A stretch of 64,000 nt of DNA from Bacteroidota bacterium. Its GTDB lineage: Bacteria; Bacteroidota; Bacteroidia; AKYH767-A; OLB10. Numbering within the stretch: position 1 is the first letter of the stretch; the number at the start of each line of letters is the position of its first letter. The position numbers and the translations under genes are program-made. The DNA is taken from the NCBI GenBank assembly GCA_016717725.1, contig JADKFA010000002.1:78226-142225 (forward strand), written 5' to 3'. The notes under the pieces are model-generated. The model searched no databases, was not told the DNA's origin, and saw only the letters and a list, made by a program, of their open reading frames with translations. Positions 51,672-63,389 of the stretch are shown one piece after another.

Positions 51672-52900
51672 TTATAAAGCTTCTATTGTTCTTCTGATGA
51701 TGGAACAACATTCTAAAAGTTGTTCTTCATTGATGACAAGCGGTGGTGCAAATCGAATGATATTACCGTGTGTTGGTTTTGCCAGCAAGCCATTTTCTTT
51801 GAGTTTGATGCATACATCTAATGCACTTATTCCATCTTTCTCTTCAATAATAACGGCGTTAAATAATCCTTTTCCTCGGATTAACTTTATCCGATCCGAT
51901 TTTATTTTTCTCATTTCGCTGCGGAATAATTCGCCGAGCACTTCTGCATTTTCTGCTAGTTTTTCATCCAACACCACTTGCATGGCAGCCATGGCAACTT
52001 TACAGGCTAAAGGATTTCCACCATAGGTAGAACCGTGTTCACCAGGTTTTATGGTTAGCATGATTTCATCGTTTGCCAACACGGCTGAAACAGGCAATAC
52101 ACCTCCTGATAATGCTTTTCCTAAAATTAAAATATCTGGTTTTACTCCTTCGTGATCACAAGCTAACATTTTTCCGGTTCGCGCGATTCCTGTTTGTACT
52201 TCATCAGCAATGAATAAAACATTTTTGCTTTACACAATGCGCTTACTTTTTTCAAATACCCTTCATCAGGAACAACAACACCTGCTTCTCCTTGGATGGG
52301 TTCTACCATAAATGCAACTACGTTGGGATCTTCAAATGCTTTTTCTAAAGATGGAATATCGTTATAAGGAACAATTTCGAAGCCTGGCATGAATGGACCA
52401 AATCCAGTATAACTGGTAGGATCTGTACTGGCTGAGATGGCGGATAATGTTCTTCCCCAAAAATTTCCTTCTGCAAAAATTATTTTCGCTTCATACTTTT
52501 TTACTCCTTTAACATCATAGCCCCAGCGACGAGCAAGTTTAATAGCGGTTTCGCCACCTTCAACACCCGTATTCATAGGTAAGAGCTTATCAAAACCAAA
52601 TAGCTGCGTCATGAATTCTTCGTATTCCCCTAAAACATCATTGTGAAAAGCGCGCGAAGTAAGTGTTAATTTGGAAGCTTGATCCACCAAAGCTTGAATA
52701 ATGCGTGGATGACAATGACCCTGATTTACGGCAGAATACGCAGCTAAAAAATCATAATATTTTTTTCCTTCCACATCCCATAAAAACACACCTTCACCAC
52801 GGCTAATGACAACAGGTAGAGGGTGATAATTATGAGCACCATATTTATTTTCAAGTTCAATGGCTTGCTCGCTTGTCAAGATGTTAGATTCGAATCGCAT
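51672..52900 (-). CDS. rocD: ornithine--oxo-acid aminotransferase (class III PLP aminotransferase), interrupted by a frameshift at about 52165-52250
   Basis: N-terminal ORF 52163..52900 with [12 protein letters not shown]-terminal ORF 51672..52169 with ILGKALSGG (PLP Lys). Confidence 0.85.
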
Positions 52901-52967
52901 GTTTTTCAGAATTAGGACAAAGGTAAGAAATCAGGAGTAGTGATCCTATCAAAATGGATAACAAAAT

Positions 52968-55371
52968 CTAACGAAGCAAGGTTACCGTTCCCATTTTTTC
53001 GATGGGATCCTCAGAAGAAAAACCGTAGAATTTTATCTTAAATAAATAAACACCTTGTTGACACTCTACACCGTTAAATTTTCCATCCCAAGTAGTGTTC
53101 AAGCTTTCCGAAGTAAAAACTTTTTGCCCCCATCGATTAAAAACTGAAATTTCAAATGATTTAACGAATGAGAAGGCAGGTCCCCACGTATTATTTCCCG
53201 CATCATCGTTGGGTGAAAAAGCATTGGGTATATAGAGTAAGGGTGGCTGAACTAATTCTACTTCATTGGAGAAACTAGTTGCATTATGTCCACCTTGCCC
53301 TTCTGTGGCTTGAATTTTATAATAATATACTCCTCCTTGCAAAGGAATATTTTCATCTTCAAAAATTTGATAAGTAGTTGGGAATTGAACATAGGGAACA
53401 AAAGTGGTAGTTAAATTGTTGCCATCTATTGCACGACCTAAATTATAATTCAATACACTTCCTTTCCATTGAACATATTCATTCCATTTTAATCGATTCG
53501 AAAATTGAGTGCTTTCACCTTGCAACAAAATAGTACAAGCTTCATTGCTATATTCGCTTTCGTTTTCACAAAAATTAGTATTTTTCATTCGATAGCAATA
53601 CGATAGATTGGAAGTAAATACATCAACATCTTCCCATGTATACTTCGAGTAGTTGTGGAGACGAGCTACTTCTTGATAAACAGAATTAGGTTCATTTATT
53701 CTTTTTTCAATAATATACGTACCATACACTCCGTCAGGAAAGTCTTCCCAATCTAATGCGACACGATTTTTGCAAAGACACTTACACTTTCTATGTAATT
53801 TATGGTTTCATTGATTTGAGTGATGCTGCAGAGAGTGTCGGAGGAAAACTTTCTACACCACAACTATTAGTAGCGATAATATAGTAGCAGTAGTCAATGA
53901 GTAATGGATTGCTTGCACCTGAATCAACAAAGGTAAATTGTGCTGGGTCTTCTACTGATTGGATCAATTGAAAATTGCTGCCATTGATACTTCGAAATAA
54001 TTTGAAATTAGAAAAGTAGCGAGGAATAATTTCTGGTTGGGCGTTTTTATTGACTTTTATTAATGCGTTTTGCAATTCCAAACAAAGTAGATTGGGTTTG
54101 TCTATAATAGGTACGGGTTTAACCAAGATGGTTACTTTTCCAAGAGATGTAAGTGGAAGTGGGCAACCATTATCTGTTATTTCATATTGGACTTTATATG
54201 CGGAATCTCTTGCTTGATTACATTGCGTATTCCAACAAAATTGTACTCTTACCGAATCAATTCCACTCGTATCAGAAGTTAAAGCATAAGGAGGAGGTAA
54301 TCCAGCCACTGGTGATTGACTAAAAACATCTCCTTTGTAAATTAAATATAATGAATCACCATCCAGATCACGAGCCGTTACATTGAAACAAAGAGTATCA
54401 GTTGCATAAATTTCGTAATCTGCATTTTTTACTGAAGCCGATAAATTGGGTTGCGTATTCCCTTCACAAAGTAAAACCGTAAATTCTATTTCTCTTCTCA
54501 CTATTCCGATAAGAACACCATTCCTATATTCATAAATTGTTACCGCCATGGCATAAAAACCAGGCACATCAGGCACACCTTCAACAATTCCTGTTACTGG
54601 ATCCATCACCAGCGGAACGGCGCTACCACACACATCAGAAATGCCATATCCAAAATCCCAGGTTGAATTCGCATAAGGACTAGGTTCGGGAATTAAATTT
54701 TGTCCGCCAGGAGAATTAAGATAACTAAATGGGTTCGGGCTTTGGTTACTCGAATTTCCTCCAGCCAAGGGGGTGCTCATTTCGTAAACTAATGAATCAC
54801 CATCCGCATCGTTTGCATGAAAACTAAAACGGAATAACTGTCCAACACAGGTATAGGGGAGTGGTGGACTATTAAAAGTTGGACTCGAGTTGGCTAATAT
54901 AGGATCTGCCATTTCATGATAAAACGCCATTCCCGTTTGACTTGGACTTTGAAGATTGATAACCGCAATATTCCGACAACATCTTTCCCAAACCAAGTAA
55001 TACCCTCCAGAGCCTGCAGGCAGCTGTATATTTCTGACATACGTACCCGCTTCCATACAAATGGCAGGAGGTTGCACACAACCTATTCCTGAATACTCAA
55101 GAGGAACAACATTCGCTAAATCGATATGAAATGAATCTTGTAGCACACTACCGTTTAATGTATAAGCGGCAATAATTATGGTTGGATCAAAATAAGCAGC
55201 ACTTTGATTCGAGCAATCCCGGTAGAGAGTGAGTTTAATTTCAAATGTATTCCCAAATAGCCATTTCGACGTAAGATCTCCCCCTGCAATATGGAAGGCA
55301 CAGACCCAATTTGCTGAAAAAAGAAAAATAAATACAAGTAGCTTTCGTTTCATTGACCTGAGACTCTTCAA
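52968..55371 (-). CDS. large secreted protein with T9SS type-B (gliding-motility-associated) C-terminal domain. N- and C-terminal parts lie in different frames (break at 53730-53800)
   Basis: N-terminal ORF 53800..55371 with signal peptide and ...AFHIAGGD. The C-terminal ORF 52968..53729 ends with PNAFSPNDDAGNNTW...VFNRWGQKVF...GVYLFKIKF...GTVTLLR. This matches the type-B sorting-domain consensus. Confidence 0.6.
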
Positions 55372-55448
55372 AGTTATCTAAATTTGCAAACTAATTAGCT
55401 AACAAATTGTATCTGTTTTGTAAAAGGACGGTTTTTTAGCGGTAAACG

Positions 55449-56849
55449 TTGCATATTTTGAAAGGAAAAATTCTTACTGATTTAGAAGTGATTGAGATGG
55501 CCGATGAGGGCAAAGCAATGGCTAAGCACGAAGGTATGGTGGTTTTTATTGATAAAGCCGTACCAGGTGATATCGTAGATGTGTACATCAAGAAGAAGAA
55601 AAAATCGTATATAGAGGCTGAAGTAACTGTAGTGAAGAAGCCTTCATCACTAAGAAGAGAGCCTTTTTGTGAGCATTTTGGCACTTGTGGAGGATGTAAA
55701 TGGCAGTATTTGGATTATGATAGCCAACTCTCATTTAAGGAAAAACAAGTAAAGGATGCCTTGGAACGTATTGGGAAATTCGAGAATGTAAATTTAATTC
55801 CTATTCTGGGCTCATCACTCACAAAACATTATCGAAATAAATTAGATTTTTCCTTTGCCGATAGAAAGTGGCTAAACTTTGAAGAATTTTCAGCAACCAA
55901 TGAAATTTCTGGTCCTGGATTAGGATTTCATATTGCTGGTAAATTTGATAAGGTCCTCGATATAGAAAATTGCTATTTGCAGCCCGATCCTTCCAATGCA
56001 ATTCGTTTAGCGGTACGGGAATACTGCCTTACGAATGAGATGCCTTTCATGAATATTCGTCACAAAGAAGGTATGATGCGCGGACTCATCATTCGTAATA
56101 CCTTGGCGGGCGGATTGATGGTGATTGTGATGGTTTATCAAAATAATCGCGAGAAGCTAGAAGGTTTATTGAAACATCTTGAACAATCGTTTCCACAAAT
56201 CACCTCTTTGTTGTATGTCATCAATCCAAAAGGGAATGATACGTTTCATGATTTGGTAGTGCATACATGGTCGGGATTACCTTACATCACGGAAGAGATG
56301 GAAGGATTGCAATTTCGAATTGGTCCTAAATCATTTTTTCAAACCAATCCTACGCAAACATTAGAATTGTATAAATTAGCTCGTGAATTTGCAGCGATAA
56401 AAAATACAGATATTGTTTACGATTTATATACCGGTACCGGAACCATCGCTTTATTCGTTGCTTCATTGGCAAAGAAAGTCGTGGGTATCGAGTATGTAGA
56501 AGAGTCTATTGATAATGCAAAACTGAACGCTGAGTTAAACGGTATTAAAAATTCCGTGTTTTTTTCAGGTGATATGAAAGATTTGTTGAGTGATGAATTG
56601 TTTAATCAAGAAGGCAAGCCCGATGTAATTATCACCGATCCTCCTCGTTCTGGAATGCATGAAGATGTGGTGGCGCAATTACTCAAGAGCAATTGCCCGC
56701 GCATAGTGTATGTAAGTTGTAATCCAGGAACACAAGCTCGAGATTTATTAATGCTCAGCGAAAAATATGAGTTGGTAAAAGTGCAAGCGGTCGATATGTT
56801 TCCACATACGGCCCATGTGGAGAGTGTGGCTTTGTTGGAGTTGAAATAG
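55449..56849 (+). CDS. rlmD: 23S rRNA (uracil1939-C5)-methyltransferase RlmD (RumA)
   Basis: TRAM domain, [4Fe-4S] cysteines CEHFGTCGGCKWQ, SAM motif DLYTGTGTIALF, catalytic DPPRSG. Confidence 0.85.
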   Translation: MHILKGKILTDLEVIEMADEGKAMAKHEGMVVFIDKAVPGDIVDVYIKKKKKSYIEAEVTVVKKPSSLRREPFCEHFGTCGGCKWQYLDYDSQLSFKEKQVKDALERIGKFENVNLIPILGSSLTKHYRNKLDFSFADRKWLNFEEFSATNEISGPGLGFHIAGKFDKVLDIENCYLQPDPSNAIRLAVREYCLTNEMPFMNIRHKEGMMRGLIIRNTLAGGLMVIVMVYQNNREKLEGLLKHLEQSFPQITSLLYVINPKGNDTFHDLVVHTWSGLPYITEEMEGLQFRIGPKSFFQTNPTQTLELYKLAREFAAIKNTDIVYDLYTGTGTIALFVASLAKKVVGIEYVEESIDNAKLNAELNGIKNSVFFSGDMKDLLSDELFNQEGKPDVIITDPPRSGMHEDVVAQLLKSNCPRIVYVSCNPGTQARDLLMLSEKYELVKVQAVDMFPHTAHVESVALLELK

Positions 56850-57026
56850 TAGATTAATTTCTTTCCCTATAAGTGTTTTTTATTGAAGATAAAGTGAAAT
56901 GGAAAATTGTTTCAGGGAGTAAAGTTTTTCTTTGAGAAACTTTATTTTACGATTCAGTTATTTATAAAATGTAATTTATTTAAATTTTCTTTCTTTGTAG
57001 CAACTAAAAAAACTAGTAGCTAAGAA

Positions 57027-59333
57027 TTGATATTCATGAAGAATTTTATTTTGATTTTATACGTTTTGACGTATTTCGCAGCATCTTCCCGTGCCCAAGT
57101 CCCTACCCAAATTATTCGTGGAGTCGTAGTAGATGAAATCACACAAGCTACTTTGCCGGGTGCAACGGTAGTCATTGCAGATTTGGATCCAGTCATGGGC
57201 GTAAACGCAGATGTGAATGGAGTCTTTCGTTTGGACAAGGTCCCCGTTGGATATCATACAATCAAAGTAGTGATGATGGGGTATGAAGATTTTGTTCGGC
57301 CCAATGTGCTGTTAAATTCTGGAAAGGAGTTGGTCTTAACGTTATCCTTACGCGAGAAATTAGTTCAAGTAAAGGAAGTGACGATCACTGCCGAATTGGA
57401 AAAGCAAAAGGCCATCAATGAAATGTCGTTGGTGAGTACTCGAACCTTTTCAGTAGAAGAAACTCAAAAATTTGCAGCTGCCGTCAATGATCCCGCTCGG
57501 ATGGTAAGCTCCTTTGCTGGTGTTTTAAGCACCGATGATGGTAATAATAATGTTTCTATTCGTGGTAACTCTCCTAACGGGCTTCAGTGGCGCATGGAAG
57601 GTGTGGAAATTCCCAGTCCCAATCATTACGCTTTTCCAGGTACTGCAGGTGGTGGAATATCGATTTTAAGTTCACAGTTATTATTCAATTCTGATTTTTT
57701 AACTGGCGCTTTTACTGCTGAATATGGAAATGCATTGAGTGGTGTGTTTGATTTAAAGTTGAGAAAAGGAAATAATGAAAATAGAGAGTTTACTTTTTAA
57801 TCGAGTTTTTTGGGACTTGATGTCGCTGCTGAAGGACCCTTTAGTAAAAAATACAATGGCTCTTATTTAATAAATTATCGATACAGTACATTGGCCGCCA
57901 TTGGGAAGATTATTGATTTAGGGGATGCAGCAACTAACTTTCAAGATTTATCATTTAATATTTATTTACCTACGAATAAGTTCGGTCAGTTTACCATTTT
58001 TGGATTTGGTGGATTAAGTAGTCAAGATTTTGATGCAGAAACTGATTCATCAAAATGGGAAGAAGATTTTGATCGTTATTCAAGTGATTTTATTTCAAAT
58101 ACTGGAGCTATTGGTGCAACGCACAGTATTACGCTCAATAAAAAATTGTTCCTTAGAACGGCAGTGGTAAGTTCTAAGTTTGAGAATAAATATCGTGAGA
58201 AAAGGTTAAATGATTTTTATGAATTTGAGAGCCGTGATAATGCAAAAACAATGAACGACCGTTATTTGTTTTCTACTAATTTGAATTATAAAATTAATAC
58301 TCGTAATTCTCTGAAATCTGGAATTGTTTTATCAAAGCTCAACTATTCAATCTATCAAAATAGTTTTAATACGGATGTCGATAGTATGATAAACTATTTA
58401 GATATAAAAAACACAACACAAACGATCCAATTGTATTCGACATGGATGAATCGAGTTACTGAAAGATGGACTTTGCAATTTGGAGTACATTATCTCGCAC
58501 TAGCTTTGAATAATACATTCTCCATTGAACCTCGGGCATCTTCTAGTTTCGAAATTTCAGAGGGGAAGAGTTTGTCTGTGGGTTATGGATTACATAGCCA
58601 AATTCAAACACTGGGAGTTTATTTTGCAGAAGCAATAGATAGCATGGGAAATATTTATCGTCCCAATGAAGATTTAGAGCTGACAAAGTCTCATCATTTT
58701 GTTGTTGGATATGATCACATGTTGCAACCTTGGTTGCATTTTAAAATTGAAGCGTATTATCAGCATTTGTTTGATGTGCCTATCAGCGTTGATACAACGA
58801 ATACATTCAGCGTTTTGAATTTGCGCGATGGCTATTATACATATCCACTTACTAATGACGGGTTGGGGCGAAATTATGGAGTTGAATTAACGGTAGAGCA
58901 GTTTATGCATCATGATCTTTATTTTTTATTCTCTTCTTCCATTTATGAATCTGAATACAAAGCGAACGATGGAAAATGGAGAAATACGTTGTTCAACGGA
59001 AACTACACATTTACTTTTACAGGCGGAAAGGAGATTAAAACAGGTAGTAAGTTTAAGAATAGAATTATTGGTTTGAATGTTAAAATGATTTATGCTGGTG
59101 GATTGCGAACTACACCCATCGATCTGGAAAAATCAATTGCTGAACAAAGTACTTATTATTTCGAGAAGCAAGCTTTCTCTGGACAGAATCCAGCTTATTT
59201 TAGAACCGATATTCGGATCAGCATGAAACGTAATCGACCAAAGGCAACGCATATTCTTTCTTTAGACATCCAAAATGTTACGAGCAGAAAAAATGTGTAT
59301 GGAGATTTTTTGATGCGAAATCTGGTAAAGTGA
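57027..59333 (+). CDS. outer-membrane beta-barrel receptor (CarbopepD_reg domain plus TonB-dependent-receptor-like barrel) with an in-frame TAA at 57798-57800
   Basis: ORF 57027..57800 (signal peptide, IRGVVVDEITQATLPGATVVI) and ORF 57810..59333 are in the same frame, separated by a single stop codon. Aromatic-rich barrel strands to the C-terminus. Confidence 0.65.
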
Positions 59334-59437
59334 AATCGTATTATCAAACACCTTTGATTCCTATACTCGGTTATCGAATTGAGTTTTGAAGATCTCTTAA
59401 GTATAGCTACAAGCTACAAGAATTGAGTATAGAATAT

Positions 59438-59530
59438 CGAGTATCGAATGTCAAGTATCAAGTATCAAGTATCAAGTATCAAGTATCAAGTATAAAGTAT
59501 CGAGTATCGAGTATCGAGTATCGAGCATCC
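59438..59530. repeat. heptanucleotide tandem array (AGTATCG/AGTATCA)n, about 13 units
   Basis: atcgagtatcgaatgtcaagtatcaagtatcaagtatcaagtatcaagtataaagtatcgagtatcgagtatcgagtatcgag. Same unit and orientation as the 7606-7808 array. Confidence 0.95.
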
Positions 59531-59533
59531 TTA

Positions 59534-60922
59534 TCACATGTGTATCACTTCGCCATAAGCATCGGCAGCAGCTTCCATAATGGCTTCGCTCATCGTAGGA
59601 TGAGGATGAATGGATTTAATGATTTCGTGACCTGTCGTTTCTAAATTACGTGCTACCACAACTTCAGCAATTAATTCTGTTACGTTCATGCCAATCATAT
59701 GTGCGCCTAACCACTCACCGTATTTCGCATCAAAAATAACTTTTACAAATCCATCACTGGCACCTGCTGCTTTTGCTTTTCCACTTGCAGAGAATGGGAA
59801 TTTACCAACTTTAATTTCAATGCCTGCTTCTTTTGCTGCTTTCTCTGTCATCCCAACAGATGCTATTTCAGGAGAACAATAGGTGCATCCAGGAATGTTT
59901 CCATAATTAATTGGGTGTACTGGAAGTCCCGCAATTTTTTCTACACACAAAATTCCTTCTGCAGAAGCAACGTGTGCTAAGGCCGGACCTTTTACAATAT
60001 CACCAATAGCATAAACGCCAGGAATGTTCGTTTGATAATAATCATTTACTAATACTTTTCCTTTGTCGGTGATGACACCCACATCTTCTAATCCAATATT
60101 TTCAATATTAGGAGTAATACCTACAGCTGAAAGAACGATGTCACATTCAATAATTTCTTCTCCCTTTTTAGTTTTTACTTTTACTTTACATCCTGCACCA
60201 GAAGTATCCACACTTTCAACACTGGATTCAGTCATAATACTTATTCCTGATTTCTTGAATGAACGTGCCAATTGTTTAGAAACATCTTCGTCTTCAACAG
60301 GGACAATGTTCGCCATGAATTCAACGATGGTAACTTTTGTACCCATGCTATGATAAAAATAAGCAAACTCACATCCTATAGCACCCGATCCAACAATCAC
60401 CATGGATGTGGGAAGAGTAGTTAATGTCATGGCTTCACGATACCCAATTACTTTTTTACCGTCTTGCTCTAAGCCCGGCAATACTCTGCTTCGAGCACCC
60501 GTCGCTAAAATGATGTGCTGAGCTTCGTAAGTAGTTGCAGAACCATCTGCAGCAGTTACTTCAACTTTTTTTCCTTGCTTAATTTTTCCGTAGCCGTTGA
60601 TGACATCAATTTTATTTTTCTTCAATAAAAATTGAATCCCTTTACTCATTCCATCTGCAACATCACGACTTCTTCCAATCACTTTATTAAAATCAGCATT
60701 GAATTCATTTACCGTGATACCATAATCTCCAGCATGTTTTAAATATTCAAAAACTTGAGCACTTTTTAACAAGGCTTTCGTTGGAATGCATCCCCAGTTA
60801 AGACAAATGCCACCTAATGATTCTTTTTCAACTACTGCAGTTTTTAATCCAAGCTGGCTAGCTCTTATCGCTGCTACATATCCACCAGGACCACTGCCCA
60901 CTACTATCAAATCGTATTGCAT
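59534..60922 (-). CDS. lpdA: dihydrolipoyl dehydrogenase (E3)
   Basis: FAD motif VVGSGPGGYVAA. Redox-active disulfide GGICLNWGCIPTK. C-terminal HPHPT(M)SE. Confidence 0.92.
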   Translation of the reverse strand: MQYDLIVVGSGPGGYVAAIRASQLGLKTAVVEKESLGGICLNWGCIPTKALLKSAQVFEYLKHAGDYGITVNEFNADFNKVIGRSRDVADGMSKGIQFLLKKNKIDVINGYGKIKQGKKVEVTAADGSATTYEAQHIILATGARSRVLPGLEQDGKKVIGYREAMTLTTLPTSMVIVGSGAIGCEFAYFYHSMGTKVTIVEFMANIVPVEDEDVSKQLARSFKKSGISIMTESSVESVDTSGAGCKVKVKTKKGEEIIECDIVLSAVGITPNIENIGLEDVGVITDKGKVLVNDYYQTNIPGVYAIGDIVKGPALAHVASAEGILCVEKIAGLPVHPINYGNIPGCTYCSPEIASVGMTEKAAKEAGIEIKVGKFPFSASGKAKAAGASDGFVKVIFDAKYGEWLGAHMIGMNVTELIAEVVVARNLETTGHEIIKSIHPHPTMSEAIMEAAADAYGEVIHM

Positions 60923-61161
60923 ATCAAGATGTTCTTTTGAGAGGGCAAAGTTATATTATTTATCATTATTGATGAAAAGTGATTGATTTTCAGGTGTTAC
61001 AAGCACAGAATGATGAATTGTGCTGAATTATCGATCTGTTTTGTTGAAGGTTTAGAATTAGATTAGGTTGCGTAATTAGGTTGTTCATAGGATGCTTCTG
61101 AAATCAATTATATTAAATTTTTAGCTTCTTTATTGTTTTAGATTTGTAGAGAATTACTGCT

Positions 61162-62883
61162 ATGAAATATATTATTAAAACACCCGTTCCTCAATCTCGA
61201 TTTGTATTCATTGAAGCTCATAAAGAGGTGAAAGAGCATGGACCCATCGAATTTCAATTGCCATCATGGCGTCCTGGTAGATATGAGTTAGGAAATTTTG
61301 CAAAGAATTTGAGAGGACTCGTTGCTACTACAGAAAGTGGAACGGATCTTCCCATTCATAAAATAAATAAAGATCGATGGCGCATCGATGAAGCTCCCGT
61401 TGGGAAAATTATTTTGCAGTATGAATATTATGCTGCACAACCTGATGCTGGAGCTTGCTGGCTTGATAATGATTTTCTTTACTTGAATCCAGTGCATTGT
61501 ATTTTGTATGATCCCATAGAAGCGAATGAACCTTATTTTCTGCACCTTCACATTCCTTCGGATTATCAAATTGCCTGTTCTCTTCCTGAAGTTGAGAATA
61601 ATGTTTTGCGTGCCGAAAATTTGGATGAATTATTAGACGCTCCTTTTTTTGCTGCTAAATCATTGCAACATCGCAGTTATTCGGTGAATGATTATCAGTT
61701 TCATATTTGGTTGTATGGAGAATGTCAGCCCGACTGGACAAGAATCATTAACGATTTTGAAGCATTCACTCGTGTGCAACTCGATATGATGAAATCATTT
61801 CCTGTTGCTGAATATCATTTTTTAGTATTGCTATTGCCTTATCGTTTTTATCACGGTGTAGAGCATAAAGCAAGTACTGTTTTAGCATTAGGTCCTGGCT
61901 ATCAACTGATGAATAAGGACATGTATTCTGATTTGATGGGAGTGGCTTCTCATGAATTGTTTCATGCATGGAATGTAAAAACATTGCGCCCACATGATTT
62001 TGTAAAATACGATTATACGAAGGAAAATTATAGTCGCTTAGGATGGGTTTATGAAGGTTTTACCACTTACTATGGTGATTTATTTTTGGCCAGAAGTAAA
62101 TTTTTTAATACGGTTGAGTTTTTTGAAGAGTTAAATCAACGCATCCAAAAGCATAAAGATAATTATGGTCGTTTTTGGAGCTCCGTTGCTGAGAGTAGTT
62201 TCGATACTTGGCTAGATGGATATGTTCCTGGCGTTCCCGCTCGCAAAACATCTATTTATGATGAAGGCTGTATTGTAGCACTGATGTTAGATTTATACAT
62301 TCGTCGATCTAGTAAAGGAAAAAATTCGCTGGATGATTTATATGTTCATCTCTTTAATGATTTTTCTACCAATGAAAATGGTTATCGCGAATCTGATCTT
62401 TTAAGGTTGTCAATTTCACTAAGTGATCAAGGCGTTGAAGAAATTTTTAATCAAGCTATCCATTCGCGAAAATCGTACGAGGAGATGTTGCAAAATTTAT
62501 TGCCTACAGTTGGTTGTTGGTTGTCGACCATCCCATCTAAAAAAATATATGAGCAATGGTACGGTCTAAGAGTTGTAGTGGAAGGTGGCATCACGAAAGT
62601 TCTTAGCGTCTTGCCAAGTTCTCCAGCAGAAATCGCAGGTATTGCCAAAGATGATGAAATTAGTTCATGCAATGGTTGGAAAGTAGAATCGAATTTAAAC
62701 GATCTCTGTGCACTCAAAGAGGGGAGTACCCTACTCACCATATTCAGTCAGAAAAAAGAAAAGCAAGTGACGATGAAGAAATCTTCAACCACATGGTTTG
62801 ACACTTTGCAAATTGTAAAAATTGCAGATGCCGACCCTTTTGCACGTGAGTCGTTCACTGCTTGGACGAATTTGGATTGGTAA
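61162..62883 (+). CDS. M61-family metallopeptidase (glycyl aminopeptidase-like) with C-terminal PDZ domain
   Basis: HELFHAWNVKTLRP zinc motif. PDZ-like GLRVVVEGGITKVLSVLPSSPAEIAGI. Confidence 0.7.
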   Translation: MKYIIKTPVPQSRFVFIEAHKEVKEHGPIEFQLPSWRPGRYELGNFAKNLRGLVATTESGTDLPIHKINKDRWRIDEAPVGKIILQYEYYAAQPDAGACWLDNDFLYLNPVHCILYDPIEANEPYFLHLHIPSDYQIACSLPEVENNVLRAENLDELLDAPFFAAKSLQHRSYSVNDYQFHIWLYGECQPDWTRIINDFEAFTRVQLDMMKSFPVAEYHFLVLLLPYRFYHGVEHKASTVLALGPGYQLMNKDMYSDLMGVASHELFHAWNVKTLRPHDFVKYDYTKENYSRLGWVYEGFTTYYGDLFLARSKFFNTVEFFEELNQRIQKHKDNYGRFWSSVAESSFDTWLDGYVPGVPARKTSIYDEGCIVALMLDLYIRRSSKGKNSLDDLYVHLFNDFSTNENGYRESDLLRLSISLSDQGVEEIFNQAIHSRKSYEEMLQNLLPTVGCWLSTIPSKKIYEQWYGLRVVVEGGITKVLSVLPSSPAEIAGIAKDDEISSCNGWKVESNLNDLCALKEGSTLLTIFSQKKEKQVTMKKSSTTWFDTLQIVKIADADPFARESFTAWTNLDW

Positions 62884-62905
62884 AATATATTTGCAATGGG
62901 TAGAA

Positions 62906-63283
62906 TTATACCATGGCAATCACGGTGATCTCTACATTCACAAATTTAGGCAACGCACTTACCTGAACGGTTTCACGAGCTGGGAAATCAGAAGTGAAAT
63001 ATCCGCCATACACACCGTTTACTTTTGCAAAGTCGTTCATGTCTTTTAAAAAGATACTGGTCTTGATGATTTTGCTGTAATCAGTATTGGCTTCTTTTAA
63101 AATGGCGCCAATGTTTTTCATGACTTGATGCGTTTCTTCTTCAATGGTGTTTAACAAAAGTTCACCTGTCGCAGGTACAATAGCTATTTGTCCAGAAACA
63201 TATAAAAGGTTTCCAACTTGTACGGCTTGAGAATAAGGTCCAATAGGTGCTGGAGCTTGCGAAGTTTCAATGATCTTTTTCAT
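62906..63283 (-). CDS. ridA: RidA (YjgF/TdcF) reactive-intermediate deaminase family protein
   Basis: APAPIGPYSQAV and PARETVQVSALP. Start taken as MKKIIET (63283). The ORF track begins 6 codons earlier. Confidence 0.8.
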   Translation of the reverse strand: MKKIIETSQAPAPIGPYSQAVQVGNLLYVSGQIAIVPATGELLLNTIEEETHQVMKNIGAILKEANTDYSKIIKTSIFLKDMNDFAKVNGVYGGYFTSDFPARETVQVSALPKFVNVEITVIAMV

Positions 63284-63389
63284 ACTGTGATTTGTCGACA
63301 AAGGTGATAAATTGATTGGAATATCGAAAGACTTTGCTTTAGATCCTTTTTAGATTTTATTTTCTGTTAATTTTGTCGAGGGAAATGAG

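Noticed and set aside
59423-59644. ORF 59423..59644(+) within the second heptamer array
   Set aside because: Same artefact. It also overlaps the 3' end of lpdA on the opposite strand.
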